64,000 nucleotides of DNA from Longimicrobiales bacterium (GTDB lineage: Bacteria; Gemmatimonadota; Gemmatimonadetes; Longimicrobiales; Gaopeijiaceae), in contig CBDBTX010000002.1 in assembly GCA_965211905.1 (NCBI GenBank), positions 820,248-884,247 of the forward strand, read 5' to 3'. Numbering within the stretch: the stretch's first letter is position 1; each line of letters begins with the position of its first letter. The notes below the pieces were generated by a model, which was not told where the DNA came from, made no database searches, and saw only the letters and a list, made by a program, of their open reading frames with translations. The position numbers and the translations under genes are program-made. Of the stretch, positions 49,421-58,937 are shown piece by piece.

Positions 49421-50827
49421 ATGGCCTCGGCCGGCCCTTGCGGCGTTGCTGTTCCCGACCTTCCGCCGCGCTTCGCGCACAGAGCTTGCCGGCCCGTGGC
49501 GCTTGCGGCCTTGTTCCTCGTGCTCCTGGCGCTCGCCTGCGAGAGCCCCGTGGCCCCGGCGGCCTGCGGCTCGATCCCGCCGGTAACGATCAACGTCGGC
49601 GGGACCGTGATGGTTGCCGCCTGCTTCAACGACCTGAATGGCGATGTGCTGAGCTACACGGCCGCGTCGTCGAACCCTTCGGTGGCGACCGCATCGATCG
49701 CCGGCACCTCGATCACGGTCAGGGGCGTTTCTCCGGGCAACGTCACGGTCACGGTTACGGCCAGCGACCCCGAAGGGCTCCAGGGCCAGCAGAGTTTCGC
49801 GGTCATGGTCCCGAACCGCCCACCGCGGCCCCGCGGCACGATGCCGAGCGTCACGGTAGGGGTGGGCCGAACCGCCACGATTGATGCGTCCCAGTACTTC
49901 ACCGAGCCGGACGGCGAGGTGCTGACCTACTTGGCGACCCCCTCGGATGCCGCAGTGGCCCGTGTGAGTACAGAGGGTTCGATGATCAGGGTCGCGGCGC
50001 AGACCAAGGGCAGTTCCAGCGTCACCGTTACGGCGAGCGATCCGGGCGGACTTTCGGCCACCCAGTCCTTCCGGTTTACGGCACCCAACCGGCCGCCGGC
50101 ACCAGTGGGAACGATCGGGGCCCGGAAGATCGAGTCGGGTCAGTCGGCCACTCTTGACGTCGCCGCTTCGTTCAGCGATCCGGACGACGATCCGCTCACC
50201 TACACCGCGGTCTCCTCGGTCCCCACGGTCGCCCGCACAATGGTGTCGGGCAGCACGGTGACTATCACCGCTGCCGGGCCGGGAGCGGCCACCATCACCA
50301 TCACGGCCAGAGACGATGAGCAAGCGGCCGCAACCCAACAGGTGAGCGTGACCGTCGTGTCGCCTGCGCCGGACTTGGCGTTCACGGACGTGTCGCCGGC
50401 TTCCGCCACGCTGGCGCCGGGCGATTCGGTAGCGTTCTCGTTCCGTGTCCGCAATAGAGGCACCGTCGCGTCCGGCGCGACCACGATCCGGGCGATGAGG
50501 TCACCGAACCCCATCATCAGCGCCCGGGACACGGAACTCAGGTCGTGGTCATTCTCGTCCCTGGCCCCATCCCGGGAACGCACGTTCGAGATTACGATCT
50601 CGGCCGACCCGAAGAGCGCGCCGGGAACGATTTACATCGGCATGTGCGTTGATCCGGTGGCGGACGAGTTCGACGCCCGCAACAACTGTTCGGAGGGTGC
50701 TCGGCTGACGATCGCCGGGGCGTCCGGTGCGGACGAGTCGGCCCACAGCGGGCCCGGCGTCCAGGTCCGGGCCGTATCGCCCGCGCCCTCGAGCCGTCCG
50801 CTGCGGCCGCAAGGAAGCGCGAGTTGA
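49421..50827 (+). CDS. Surface lipoprotein with three tandem Ig-like (Big/cadherin-like) domains and a C-terminal CARDB-like domain
   Basis: Lipobox LLALAC. Three ~95-aa repeats (D..L.Y.A.SS.P.VA...V.G...T+.....G.A.VTVTA.DP.GL.A) precede PDLAFTDVSPASATLAPGDSVAFSFRVRNRG, which is CARDB-like. Confidence 0.7.
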   Translation: MASAGPCGVAVPDLPPRFAHRACRPVALAALFLVLLALACESPVAPAACGSIPPVTINVGGTVMVAACFNDLNGDVLSYTAASSNPSVATASIAGTSITVRGVSPGNVTVTVTASDPEGLQGQQSFAVMVPNRPPRPRGTMPSVTVGVGRTATIDASQYFTEPDGEVLTYLATPSDAAVARVSTEGSMIRVAAQTKGSSSVTVTASDPGGLSATQSFRFTAPNRPPAPVGTIGARKIESGQSATLDVAASFSDPDDDPLTYTAVSSVPTVARTMVSGSTVTITAAGPGAATITITARDDEQAAATQQVSVTVVSPAPDLAFTDVSPASATLAPGDSVAFSFRVRNRGTVASGATTIRAMRSPNPIISARDTELRSWSFSSLAPSRERTFEITISADPKSAPGTIYIGMCVDPVADEFDARNNCSEGARLTIAGASGADESAHSGPGVQVRAVSPAPSSRPLRPQGSAS

Positions 50828-50841
50828 GATTGGAAAAGCAA

Positions 50842-53800
50842 ATGAGAAGCCAATGCCGTCTGCGCAGCCGAACAGCCACGGTTGCGCGAACACACGCGCC
50901 CGGGCAAGCCGCCGTGCTGACGATTGCGCTCCTTGCAGCGTGTGGCGACGAGTCTGTGGTCGATCCCCCGGCGGCCCTCGTGTCCGCTTCCGAATGGAGC
51001 GCGGCGGCGGCGGCGACGAGCGACCGGGACATCCTCATTGCGCTCTATGAGGCGACGGACGGGCCGAACTGGGTCAACAACGAGAACTGGCTGAGCAACG
51101 CGCCGCTGGGAGAGTGGTACGGGGTCGACACCGACGCTTCCGGACGGGTCGTCCAGCTTGATCTCTCCGGTACGTGGGATGACGAGGCGAGACGCGAGGT
51201 GGCGCATGGGCTTCGGGGTGCAATTCCTTCCGAGATCGGCAAGCTCATAAGGCTGGAGAGGTTGGAACTCGGAATGAACAGCCTCACCGGCCCAATCCCG
51301 GTCGAACTCGGCGAACTTGCCAGCCTGGAGCGGCTGATTCTCAACTCAAACGACCTTTCAGGCCCGATTCCGGCCGAACTCGGTGCCGCCACCAGTCTGA
51401 CAACCCTGGATCTCGGCTACAATAGTCTCTCCGGTCCGATCCCATCCGAGATCGGCGACCTGCCCAACTTGCGGCGGTTGATGCTCATCTACAACGACCT
51501 CACCGGCCCCATTCCACCGGAACTCGGGAACCTCGCCAGCCTGTCAGCGCTGTGGCTTCGCGACAATGAGCTGTCGGGCATGGTCCCGCCGGAACTTGGA
51601 GGCATGGTCGGCCTGACTGAACTCAGTCTCCAAAACAACGACCTCTCGGGTCCGATCCCGCAGAGTCTCGTGCAACTCAACGGGCTTCGCCAGTTCTTCA
51701 TTGCGGGAAATGAAAGTCTCTGCGTACCGGGAACTTCTTCCTTCGTCGCGTGGCTGCAAGGGGTCCAACACAATGGAGCATCCTGTAACGCGGGCGATGT
51801 CGCCGTGCTAGAGACGCTGTACGAGTTGACGGACGGTGCGGATTGGACCGAATCCGGCGGCTGGCTCGGGGCCGGTGCGGTGGAGGAGTGGTTCGGCGTC
51901 ACGGCAGACTCCCTTGGGCGCGTGACGGCGCTTGATCTAACCCGCAACGGACTGGTTGGAAAGCTTCCAGCGAGGTTGGGAGACCTGAGCCAAATGAACG
52001 TACTGCGGATCGGTGGCAATGCGTTGATGGGTCGGCTCCCCGCGTTGCTGGCGCAAGTTGCCTTGGAGGTACTTGACTACAGTGGCACCGAGCTATGCAC
52101 TCCCGCCGACGAAGCATTCCGAGAATGGCTGAAGGCCATCGTGTCGCACGAGGGCACTGGCGTCGAGTGCGCTCCCCTGTCGGACCGTGAGATCCTCGAG
52201 ATCTTGTACGAAACAACCGGTGGGAGAGACTGGGAGGAATCACACAACTGGCTCACCGAAGCTCCGCTCGGAGAGTGGTATGGGGTGGAGACGGATGCGG
52301 ACGGGATGGTCGTTTCCCTGGATCTCCGGCGGAACGGGCTGGAGGGGCCGATCCCTCCAGCGTTGGGTGCGTTGACCGAACTGGAAACCCTGATCCTCTT
52401 CAGAAACCAGCTGGCCGGGCCGATCCCTCCTGCGTTGGGCGCGCTGGCCGGGGCCAAGCTCATCGTTCTCGCGGCAAACGAACTCTCGGGGCCGATCCCG
52501 CCGGAGTTGGCCGGGTTGGCCAGCGTGGAAGAACTCTTCCTGAACTCGAACCGGTTGACGTCCGTCCCCGCGGAGTTGGGCGAACTGGGCAACCTTCAGG
52601 CGTTGAGTCTCAACTTCAACCGGTTGAACTCCATCCCCGCGCAACTCGGTGGCCTGGCCGAACTGGAATACCTGGGGCTCCGGTCCAACGAACTGACGTC
52701 CGTCCCGCCGGAGTTGGGCGAATTGGGCAACCTGGTAGAGCTGGATCTCGATGACAATCGGCTGACCGCGCTTCCCGTTGGACCTGACAGCTACCCAAGC
52801 CTGAGGCTCCTGTTTCTCTCGTCCAACGAATTCACGTCTTTCCCGTGGGAGTTGAGCGAACTCGACCGCCTTTGGTTGCTCATCCTCGAGAGGAACCGGC
52901 TGACCGACGTTCCGCCCGGATCGGGCGGCTTCGCAGATCTGCGCGTCCTGGATCTCTCGTCCAACGAGCTGACGTCCTTCCCCCGGGAGCTGGGCACGCT
53001 GGGCAATCTCAGGCAGCTGGAACTCGACGGAAACCGACTGACCGACATTCCGCCTGGACTCCGAGAGATGGCCGGTGGCGAACGGCCTCCCCGCTATGCC
53101 GACGAGTCGCCGCCCTTCGCCCGGAGTCTGACCGAGCCGGGCCGTCCATGGCGGCTGGATCGTGCCGGAGACCGCTTGACGTCGATTGGCAAGAGGCTGA
53201 GCACGCTGGACGCTTCACGGACCCACGGAGAATTCGACAGGAGCCGGTCGACGAACGGAGGTTCGCGCGTTGGCGGCTTTGCAAGCATCGAGGTTCTGGA
53301 TCTCTCGTCCAACCAGCTGAGCGGCTCGCTGCCGGCGGGGCTGGTCGAGCTCACGGGTCTTGCGAGTCTGGGCCTGGCCGACAACGTGGGGCTAACCGGC
53401 GCCCTGCCTTTGGACTTGACGGCGATGGAGGGCCTCGAGGATCTACACACGACCGGGACGGAGCTCTGTGCGCCGGCGGACCCGACGTTTCTGGATTGGC
53501 TCGGCGGCGTGACGCGGCAGCGGGTCGCGCTTTGCGACCGTGACGCCGATGCAGCCGCCTATCTCACGCAGTCTGTCCAGTCCCGCGAGTTCCCGGTGCC
53601 GCTGGTCGCGGGCAAGCCGGCTCTGTTGCGGGTATTCGTCACGGCGAAGCGGGCAACCGACGTGGCCCTGCCCCCCGTCCGCGCCACCTTCTACCAGGAC
53701 GGGGCCGTGGCGTACGAACTGGACATCCCGACGAACCAGGACCCCATTCCGGCAGCGATCGATGAGAGTTCGCTGTCGAAGTCGGTGAATGCGGAGATCC

Positions 53801-55026
53801 CGGGGTTGGTCATCCAGCCGGGGCTGGAGGTCGTGATCGAACCGGATCCGGAGGGCATGCTGGACCCCGCACTGGGCGTGGCCAGGCGCATCCCCGCGAC
53901 GGGCCGGATGGCGGTCGACGTCCGGGCGATGCCGGTGTTCGAGGTGACGCTCGTGCCCTTCATCTGGGAGGAGAACCCGGATTCCTCCATTGTGGACATC
54001 ACCGCGGCCATGGCCGCCGACCCGGGCGGGCACGAACTGTTTGAACGGACGCACCTGCTGCTGCCGGTCGCGGAGCTGGACGTCACGGCGCACCCGGCAG
54101 TCGCTTCGCCGACGAACAACGGCTTCGAAATCCTGGCGCTTACGGAGATGATCCGGGTCGCCGAGGGCGGGCGCGGCCATTACCTGGGTGTAATGGCTGG
54201 AACCACGGGACCGGGAGGTCTCCTCGGCGTGGCGAACGGCATCGGAAGCTGGTCGAGCTTCTCGGTCCTCGATTCCGAAACAATCGCGCATGAATTCGGC
54301 CACAACCGCAATCTGTATCACGCGCCGTGCGGCGGAGCCGGCGGACCGGACCGGTACTACCCCTACGGCCGCGGCAGCATCGGTGCCTGGGGCTACGACT
54401 TCCGAACAGGCGAACTCGTGCCGCCCGGCCGACCGGACTTCATGTCCTACTGCGAGCCGACATGGACCAGCGACTACCAGTTCACGAACGCGGTGCGATA
54501 CCGCCTGGAGACAGAGACCAACTCGATCCTGGTCGCGGCTGCGGGCGCCCGTGCTGCGGCTTCCTCCAGCCGGACGCTTCTCGTATGGGGCGGTCTGGAT
54601 GGCGACGGCGCCCCGTACCTCAGGCCGGCTTTCTTCATCGGCGCCCCGCCGTACCGGCCATCGGCCGATGGCGCGTGGTCGCTCACGGGGCGGGATCCCG
54701 GCGGCGCGGAACTCTTCGCAGTGTCCTTCGCAATGTCGGAGTTCACGGACACGGAAGACGACCACGCCGGGTTCACCTTCGGCCTGCCGGTGACGTGGAG
54801 CGGGGAGCTGGCGAGCATGACGCTGCAAGGCCCGGGAGGCTCTGCCAGCCTCGATCGCGACAGCCAGGATCCCCTCACGATCCTGCGCGAGGCCGCGACG
54901 GGCCGAATCCGCGGCATCGTCGACGACCCGGCGACGATGGCGGTCCGCTCAGCTTCCGCTACGGCGGGGGGCCAGGAGTTCGAGGCCCTCTTCAGCCGCG
55001 GAATTCCCGATCCGCCGGAATCGTGA
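50842..55026 (+). CDS. Giant lipoprotein: plant-type LRR arrays plus a C-terminal M66-like zinc metalloprotease domain
   Basis: Lipobox ALLAAC. Several blocks of 24-aa L.G.IP.ELG.L..L..L.L..N.LSG units, each preceded by a DR.IL.ALY.AT.G..W cap. The C-terminus has HEFGHNRNLYH (HExxHxxxxxH) in an M66-like context. Confidence 0.8.
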   Translation: MRSQCRLRSRTATVARTHAPGQAAVLTIALLAACGDESVVDPPAALVSASEWSAAAAATSDRDILIALYEATDGPNWVNNENWLSNAPLGEWYGVDTDASGRVVQLDLSGTWDDEARREVAHGLRGAIPSEIGKLIRLERLELGMNSLTGPIPVELGELASLERLILNSNDLSGPIPAELGAATSLTTLDLGYNSLSGPIPSEIGDLPNLRRLMLIYNDLTGPIPPELGNLASLSALWLRDNELSGMVPPELGGMVGLTELSLQNNDLSGPIPQSLVQLNGLRQFFIAGNESLCVPGTSSFVAWLQGVQHNGASCNAGDVAVLETLYELTDGADWTESGGWLGAGAVEEWFGVTADSLGRVTALDLTRNGLVGKLPARLGDLSQMNVLRIGGNALMGRLPALLAQVALEVLDYSGTELCTPADEAFREWLKAIVSHEGTGVECAPLSDREILEILYETTGGRDWEESHNWLTEAPLGEWYGVETDADGMVVSLDLRRNGLEGPIPPALGALTELETLILFRNQLAGPIPPALGALAGAKLIVLAANELSGPIPPELAGLASVEELFLNSNRLTSVPAELGELGNLQALSLNFNRLNSIPAQLGGLAELEYLGLRSNELTSVPPELGELGNLVELDLDDNRLTALPVGPDSYPSLRLLFLSSNEFTSFPWELSELDRLWLLILERNRLTDVPPGSGGFADLRVLDLSSNELTSFPRELGTLGNLRQLELDGNRLTDIPPGLREMAGGERPPRYADESPPFARSLTEPGRPWRLDRAGDRLTSIGKRLSTLDASRTHGEFDRSRSTNGGSRVGGFASIEVLDLSSNQLSGSLPAGLVELTGLASLGLADNVGLTGALPLDLTAMEGLEDLHTTGTELCAPADPTFLDWLGGVTRQRVALCDRDADAAAYLTQSVQSREFPVPLVAGKPALLRVFVTAKRATDVALPPVRATFYQDGAVAYELDIPTNQDPIPAAIDESSLSKSVNAEIPGLVIQPGLEVVIEPDPEGMLDPALGVARRIPATGRMAVDVRAMPVFEVTLVPFIWEENPDSSIVDITAAMAADPGGHELFERTHLLLPVAELDVTAHPAVASPTNNGFEILALTEMIRVAEGGRGHYLGVMAGTTGPGGLLGVANGIGSWSSFSVLDSETIAHEFGHNRNLYHAPCGGAGGPDRYYPYGRGSIGAWGYDFRTGELVPPGRPDFMSYCEPTWTSDYQFTNAVRYRLETETNSILVAAAGARAAASSSRTLLVWGGLDGDGAPYLRPAFFIGAPPYRPSADGAWSLTGRDPGGAELFAVSFAMSEFTDTEDDHAGFTFGLPVTWSGELASMTLQGPGGSASLDRDSQDPLTILREAATGRIRGIVDDPATMAVRSASATAGGQEFEALFSRGIPDPPES

Positions 55027-55153
55027 TTGCAGGTAGTTGATCTCGGTGGCCAATCCGCGCTCTTCGCTGCCCAGCTCCCGCTGGATGGCGGTTGCGAGGT
55101 GATTTCGTTTTCGTCCCACTCGGGGAGTCCAGCGTCCTGATATGTTGGCTTAG

Positions 55154-55988
55154 GTCGCCTCGGCCACCGGTCGGTTCAAGCGCTGGATCTACCACTGGGC
55201 GATGAAGGTGGGAACGGCCGCCGCCGACCGCCGATCCAACGGCAAGCCCCCCGGCCCGCTCGCCCGCCTCCGCCGCCGCCTCGCCGACTGGACCGTCTTT
55301 CACCCGATCCGGGATCAACTGGGCCTCAACCAGGTGCGGCGCGCCTACACCGGTGGCGCGGCCCTCGGCCCCGATGTCTTCCGGTTCTTTCATGCCATCG
55401 GCGTCAACCTGAAGCAGCTGTACGGGCAGACCGAGGTGTCGGGCATCTCGGTGGTCCACCGCGACGGCGACATCCGCTTCCATACCGTGGGCACCCCGTT
55501 TCCGCAGACCGAGATCCGCATCTCCGGCGACGGCGAGATCCTCTGCCGCAGCCCCGCCGTCTTCCAGGGCTACTTCCGCAACCCCAAGGCGACGGCCGAG
55601 ACGCACCACCATGATCGCGATCGACATGGAGAACGCGGGACAGTGGGCCGAGCGCCACCGCATTCCGTACACCACCTTCACGGACCTGGCGCGCCGCGCC
55701 GAGGTGTACCGCCTCGTTCGCAGCCATGTCGGCACCGTCAACCAGGATCTCCCCAAGGCCGCCCGCATCCGCCGCTTCCTCCTCCTCCACAAGGAGCTGC
55801 ACGCCGACGACGCGGAGCTCACGCGTACGCGAAAGGTGCGCCGCCGCTACATCGCCGACCGCTTCGCCGACATTATCGCGGCGCTTCAGGGAGACGGCGA
55901 TTCGGTCACCGTAGAAACCGAGATCACCTACCAGGACGGGCGCACGGCCGAAGTGGCGCACGAACTCCGCATCGAGACGCTGGACTGA
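55154..55988 (+). pseudogene. Decayed second copy of the 3' part of the acyl-CoA synthetase gene
   Basis: Collinear with 45652..46664, but with an in-frame TAG at 55151 upstream and a 200-nt internal deletion (junction 55604/55605) that shifts the frame. Confidence 0.85.
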
Positions 55989-55989
55989 G

Positions 55990-56550
55990 ATGGATATTTT
56001 CCTCCAGCTCACGGTGTCCGGCCTCAGCACCGGCATGATCTACTCGTTCCTGCCCGCGGGCGATGTCGTCCTCGGCCCGGTGATCCTGTCGGCCGACCGC
56101 CTCCTGTCGATTCCGATCGCGCTGGTGGTGCTGGCCGCGCTGTGGCTCTTCTTCCGGCATACGCGCGACGGGATCGCGATGCGGGCCATCGCCGACGACC
56201 AGCAGGCCGCGCTGAGCATGGGGATCAGCATCCCGCGCGTCTTCGGGATCGCCTGGGGGCTCGCGGCGGCGTCCGCGGCGATCGGCGGCATCATGCTGGC
56301 GGGCATCGTGGGGGTGAGCCCCAACGTGGCGTCGATCGGGCTGCGGGTCTTTCCGGTGGTGATCCTGGGCGGACTCGACTCGATCCGCGGGGCCGTGATC
56401 GGGGGCGCGATCATCGGCCTGCTCGAGGTCTACACCGGCGGCTATGTCGGCCACGGGCTGAGCCTGGTGGTGCCGTACGTGGTGCTCATCCTGGTGCTGA
56501 TGGTCCGTCCCTACGGGCTCTTCGGCAGGGAGATCATCGAAAGGGTATGA
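55990..56550 (+). pseudogene. livH copy with a 312-nt in-frame internal deletion
   Basis: 186 aa against 290 aa. Residues equivalent to 19-122 of the intact copy are missing (junction 56043/56044). The remainder is highly similar. Confidence 0.75.
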
Positions 56551-56614
56551 GCGCGTCGCGGCGGGGGAGCGGGCGGGACCGGCCCAGGCGCGCGGCGCGA
56601 AAGGGGAGCGCACG

Positions 56615-57393
56615 ATGAGCCTCGAGTGCGGCGTCTTCCATACCCGCTGGCATGTGTGATGACGTCCGTGGCGGGCACCTTCTTCGGCCTTCCCTCGCTG
56701 CGCCTGAAGGGGCTGTACCTCGCGATCGCCACGCTTGCCGCGCAGGAGATCGTGGAGTGGGGGATGACCCACTGGACGGCGGTAACCGGCGGCACCGAGG
56801 CGATCGTCCTGCCGGCACCCACCCTCTTCGGCGTCCGGCTCAACAGCGGCTTCAACTTCTACTGGTTCGGCGTGCTGATGGCCGCCGGCACGGCGCTCTT
56901 CGCCGCCAACCTCTTCCGCACGCGCATGGGACGCGCCTTCGTGGCCGTCCGCGACCAGGACATCGCGGCCAGCGTGATCGGCGTGAACCTCTTCCGCACC
57001 AAGCTGCTCGCCTTCGCCACCTCGTCGTTCTTCGTCGGCCTGGCGGGCGCGATGATCGCCTACTACCGCACCATCATCACCTGGGAGCGCTTCACGCTGG
57101 AGACGAGCATCGTCTACCTGGCCATGATCATCGTGGGCGGACTGGGCTCGATCCGCGGCTCGTTCTTCGGCGCGCTGCTGATCACGCTGCTGCCGGCGCT
57201 CATCGCCAACGCGGGGCGGGCCGTGCAGGAGACGGCGCCGGCGGTGGCCGGACTCCTTCCCTACGCGCAGCAGGCGGTCTTCGGCCTCGTGATCATCCTC
57301 TTTCTGATCTTCGAGCCCAAGGGCCTGTCCAAGCTGTGGGGCAACGTGAAGGACTACTTCCACGTGTGGCCGTTTGCGTATCGGCGGGGGTGA
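56615..57393 (+). pseudogene. livM copy with a 280-nt frameshifting internal deletion
   Basis: The original ATG at 56615 reads MSLECGVFHTRWHV and then stops. The conserved C-terminal ~240 aa continues in the frame of ORF 56626..57393. Confidence 0.8.
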
Positions 57394-57428
57394 CCACGCG
57401 GGGCTCGAACAATCCGAAATGTAAAGTA

Positions 57429-57449
57429 AACATTACATAATGTAATGTT
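57429..57449. repeat. AT-rich perfect palindrome AACATTACAT-A-ATGTAATGTT
   Basis: Read directly from the sequence. It lies between the livM' remnant and the stop of the convergent ATPase gene. Confidence 0.8.
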
Positions 57450-57460
57450 AAACATACTTT

Positions 57461-58744
57461 CTATGGCATGGGCAGCGGCAGGGCCCAGAAGTGCGTGGGC
57501 CCCCGATGGAACGGCAGCACCTCGGATCCAGTGTACAAGAGCACACCATGCTCGAAGGCATCTCCCGCGAGTTCGGCCAAGGCGGCCAGACCGTTGAAGT
57601 CCTCGCGGCGGACGGTGGTCGAGGCCTTGGTCTCGACGCCGACGATGCGCCCGTCGGGCCGTTCCAGCACGATGTCGACCTCGCGCTTCCGCTTGTCCCG
57701 AAAGTGGTAGAGCCCAACCTCTTCATCCGCCCACTCGGCGTGCTTGGCACATTCCATGAAGACCAGCGTCTCAAGAAGCGCGCCATAGTGCGGGCTCAGG
57801 AGAAGCCGGGTCTCGTTGCGCAGGCCGAGAAGGTGGGACGCGAGGCCGGTATCGACGAAGTGCAGCTTCGGCATGCTGACGGCCAGACGCCGGGCGAGAT
57901 TCTTCCGATATGAGGGCACCCGGCGGATCAGGAACATCAGTTCGAGGATCTCCGCGTAGCTCTTGGCGAGCTTGTCGTTGAGTTCGAGGTCGTTGGCGAG
58001 GCTGGCGTACTTGAGCAGGTTGCCGCTCCGGCCGGCGAGGTACGGCGCCAGCGCCCGCAGCCTCGAGTGGTAGTCGCCGCGGGCGGTGTAGAGTGTCTCG
58101 AAGTCCTTGAAGAATCGCCCCTCGGTGTAGGATCTGAACCAGATGGTGCGCGCGCGGCGGCCCATGCGCTGAACCTCGGGATAGCCGCCGAGCAGGATCA
58201 GCCGCGCAATCTCCTCACGGGTTGGGGCGTGCCGCCCCGGACCCATCGACGAGAAGTCTCCCTCGAGCAGGTAGTCGATCAGATTGTCGCGTCGGTCTCG
58301 AAGCTCGGCGGTCGACAGGGGCAGGAGTTCGAGGCGGGCCATGTGCCCGGGCAGGGCCTCCTGGGCCCGCGCTGAACGGAAGATGTCGGCGGAGCCGGTC
58401 AGGAGGAAAAGCCCCTTGCGCGGCGCTCCGGACGGCCCGCCGGCGGGGGCTACACTGGCGTGCCGGTCCGACGCCTCCTTGATGGCGGGAACCAGCTCGG
58501 GCACCTGTTGGAATTCGTCGAGGACGACCGGCCGGCCGCCGAATGACCTGACAAGGCCGTAGGGATCGGACGCGGCCGCGGCCTGCACGGCGGGGTCGTC
58601 CAGGGTCAGATAACGCAAACCCACCTCGGCGGCTACACCGCGGACCAGGGTGGTCTTGCCCGACTGCCTGGGACCCGTGAGGTAGACGATCCGGAACTCG
58701 GCGAGCATGTCACGCACGAGTGGATAGAGGTGTCTGGCGTACAT
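57461..58744 (-). CDS. AAA+ ATPase with a DUF4143 domain
   Basis: Walker A GPRQSGKTT and Walker B-like VVLDEFQ. C-terminal KLHFVDTGLASHLL and EVDIVLE...VGVETKAS motifs. Confidence 0.85.
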   Translation of the reverse strand: MYARHLYPLVRDMLAEFRIVYLTGPRQSGKTTLVRGVAAEVGLRYLTLDDPAVQAAAASDPYGLVRSFGGRPVVLDEFQQVPELVPAIKEASDRHASVAPAGGPSGAPRKGLFLLTGSADIFRSARAQEALPGHMARLELLPLSTAELRDRRDNLIDYLLEGDFSSMGPGRHAPTREEIARLILLGGYPEVQRMGRRARTIWFRSYTEGRFFKDFETLYTARGDYHSRLRALAPYLAGRSGNLLKYASLANDLELNDKLAKSYAEILELMFLIRRVPSYRKNLARRLAVSMPKLHFVDTGLASHLLGLRNETRLLLSPHYGALLETLVFMECAKHAEWADEEVGLYHFRDKRKREVDIVLERPDGRIVGVETKASTTVRREDFNGLAALAELAGDAFEHGVLLYTGSEVLPFHRGPTHFWALPLPMP

Positions 58745-58773
58745 CGCTTCGTCGCCGATGGGCAGACCGATCC

Positions 58774-58831
58774 TTATGACGAGAAATCCAACGTCTTATT
58801 ACGAGAAATATGATTGCTTATTACGAGAAAT
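58774..58831. promoter_or_regulatory. Three direct repeats TTAT(G/T)ACGAGAAAT at an exact 22-bp period
   Basis: The repeats lie at 58774-58787, 58796-58809 and 58818-58831, in the divergent intergenic region between the ATPase (-) and the M20 gene (+). Confidence 0.6.
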
Positions 58832-58937
58832 CAAGACCTGCGCGGGGGAAGCGCATGGCAAGCTCTTTCCGCTTCGGGCGGGCAGTCCCTATCTTCCAGA
58901 GTCCCTGATTCTCACGCTTTCCCATCCAGGTCCGTCA

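Noticed and set aside
55027-55150. Minus-strand peptide NHLATAIQRELGSEERGLATEINYLQ at the junction before the duplicated segment
   Set aside because: It is protein-like but short and lacks an ATG. It overlaps the end of the LRR-protease gene, and no family could be assigned. It was noted only as a possible relic of what mediated the rearrangement.
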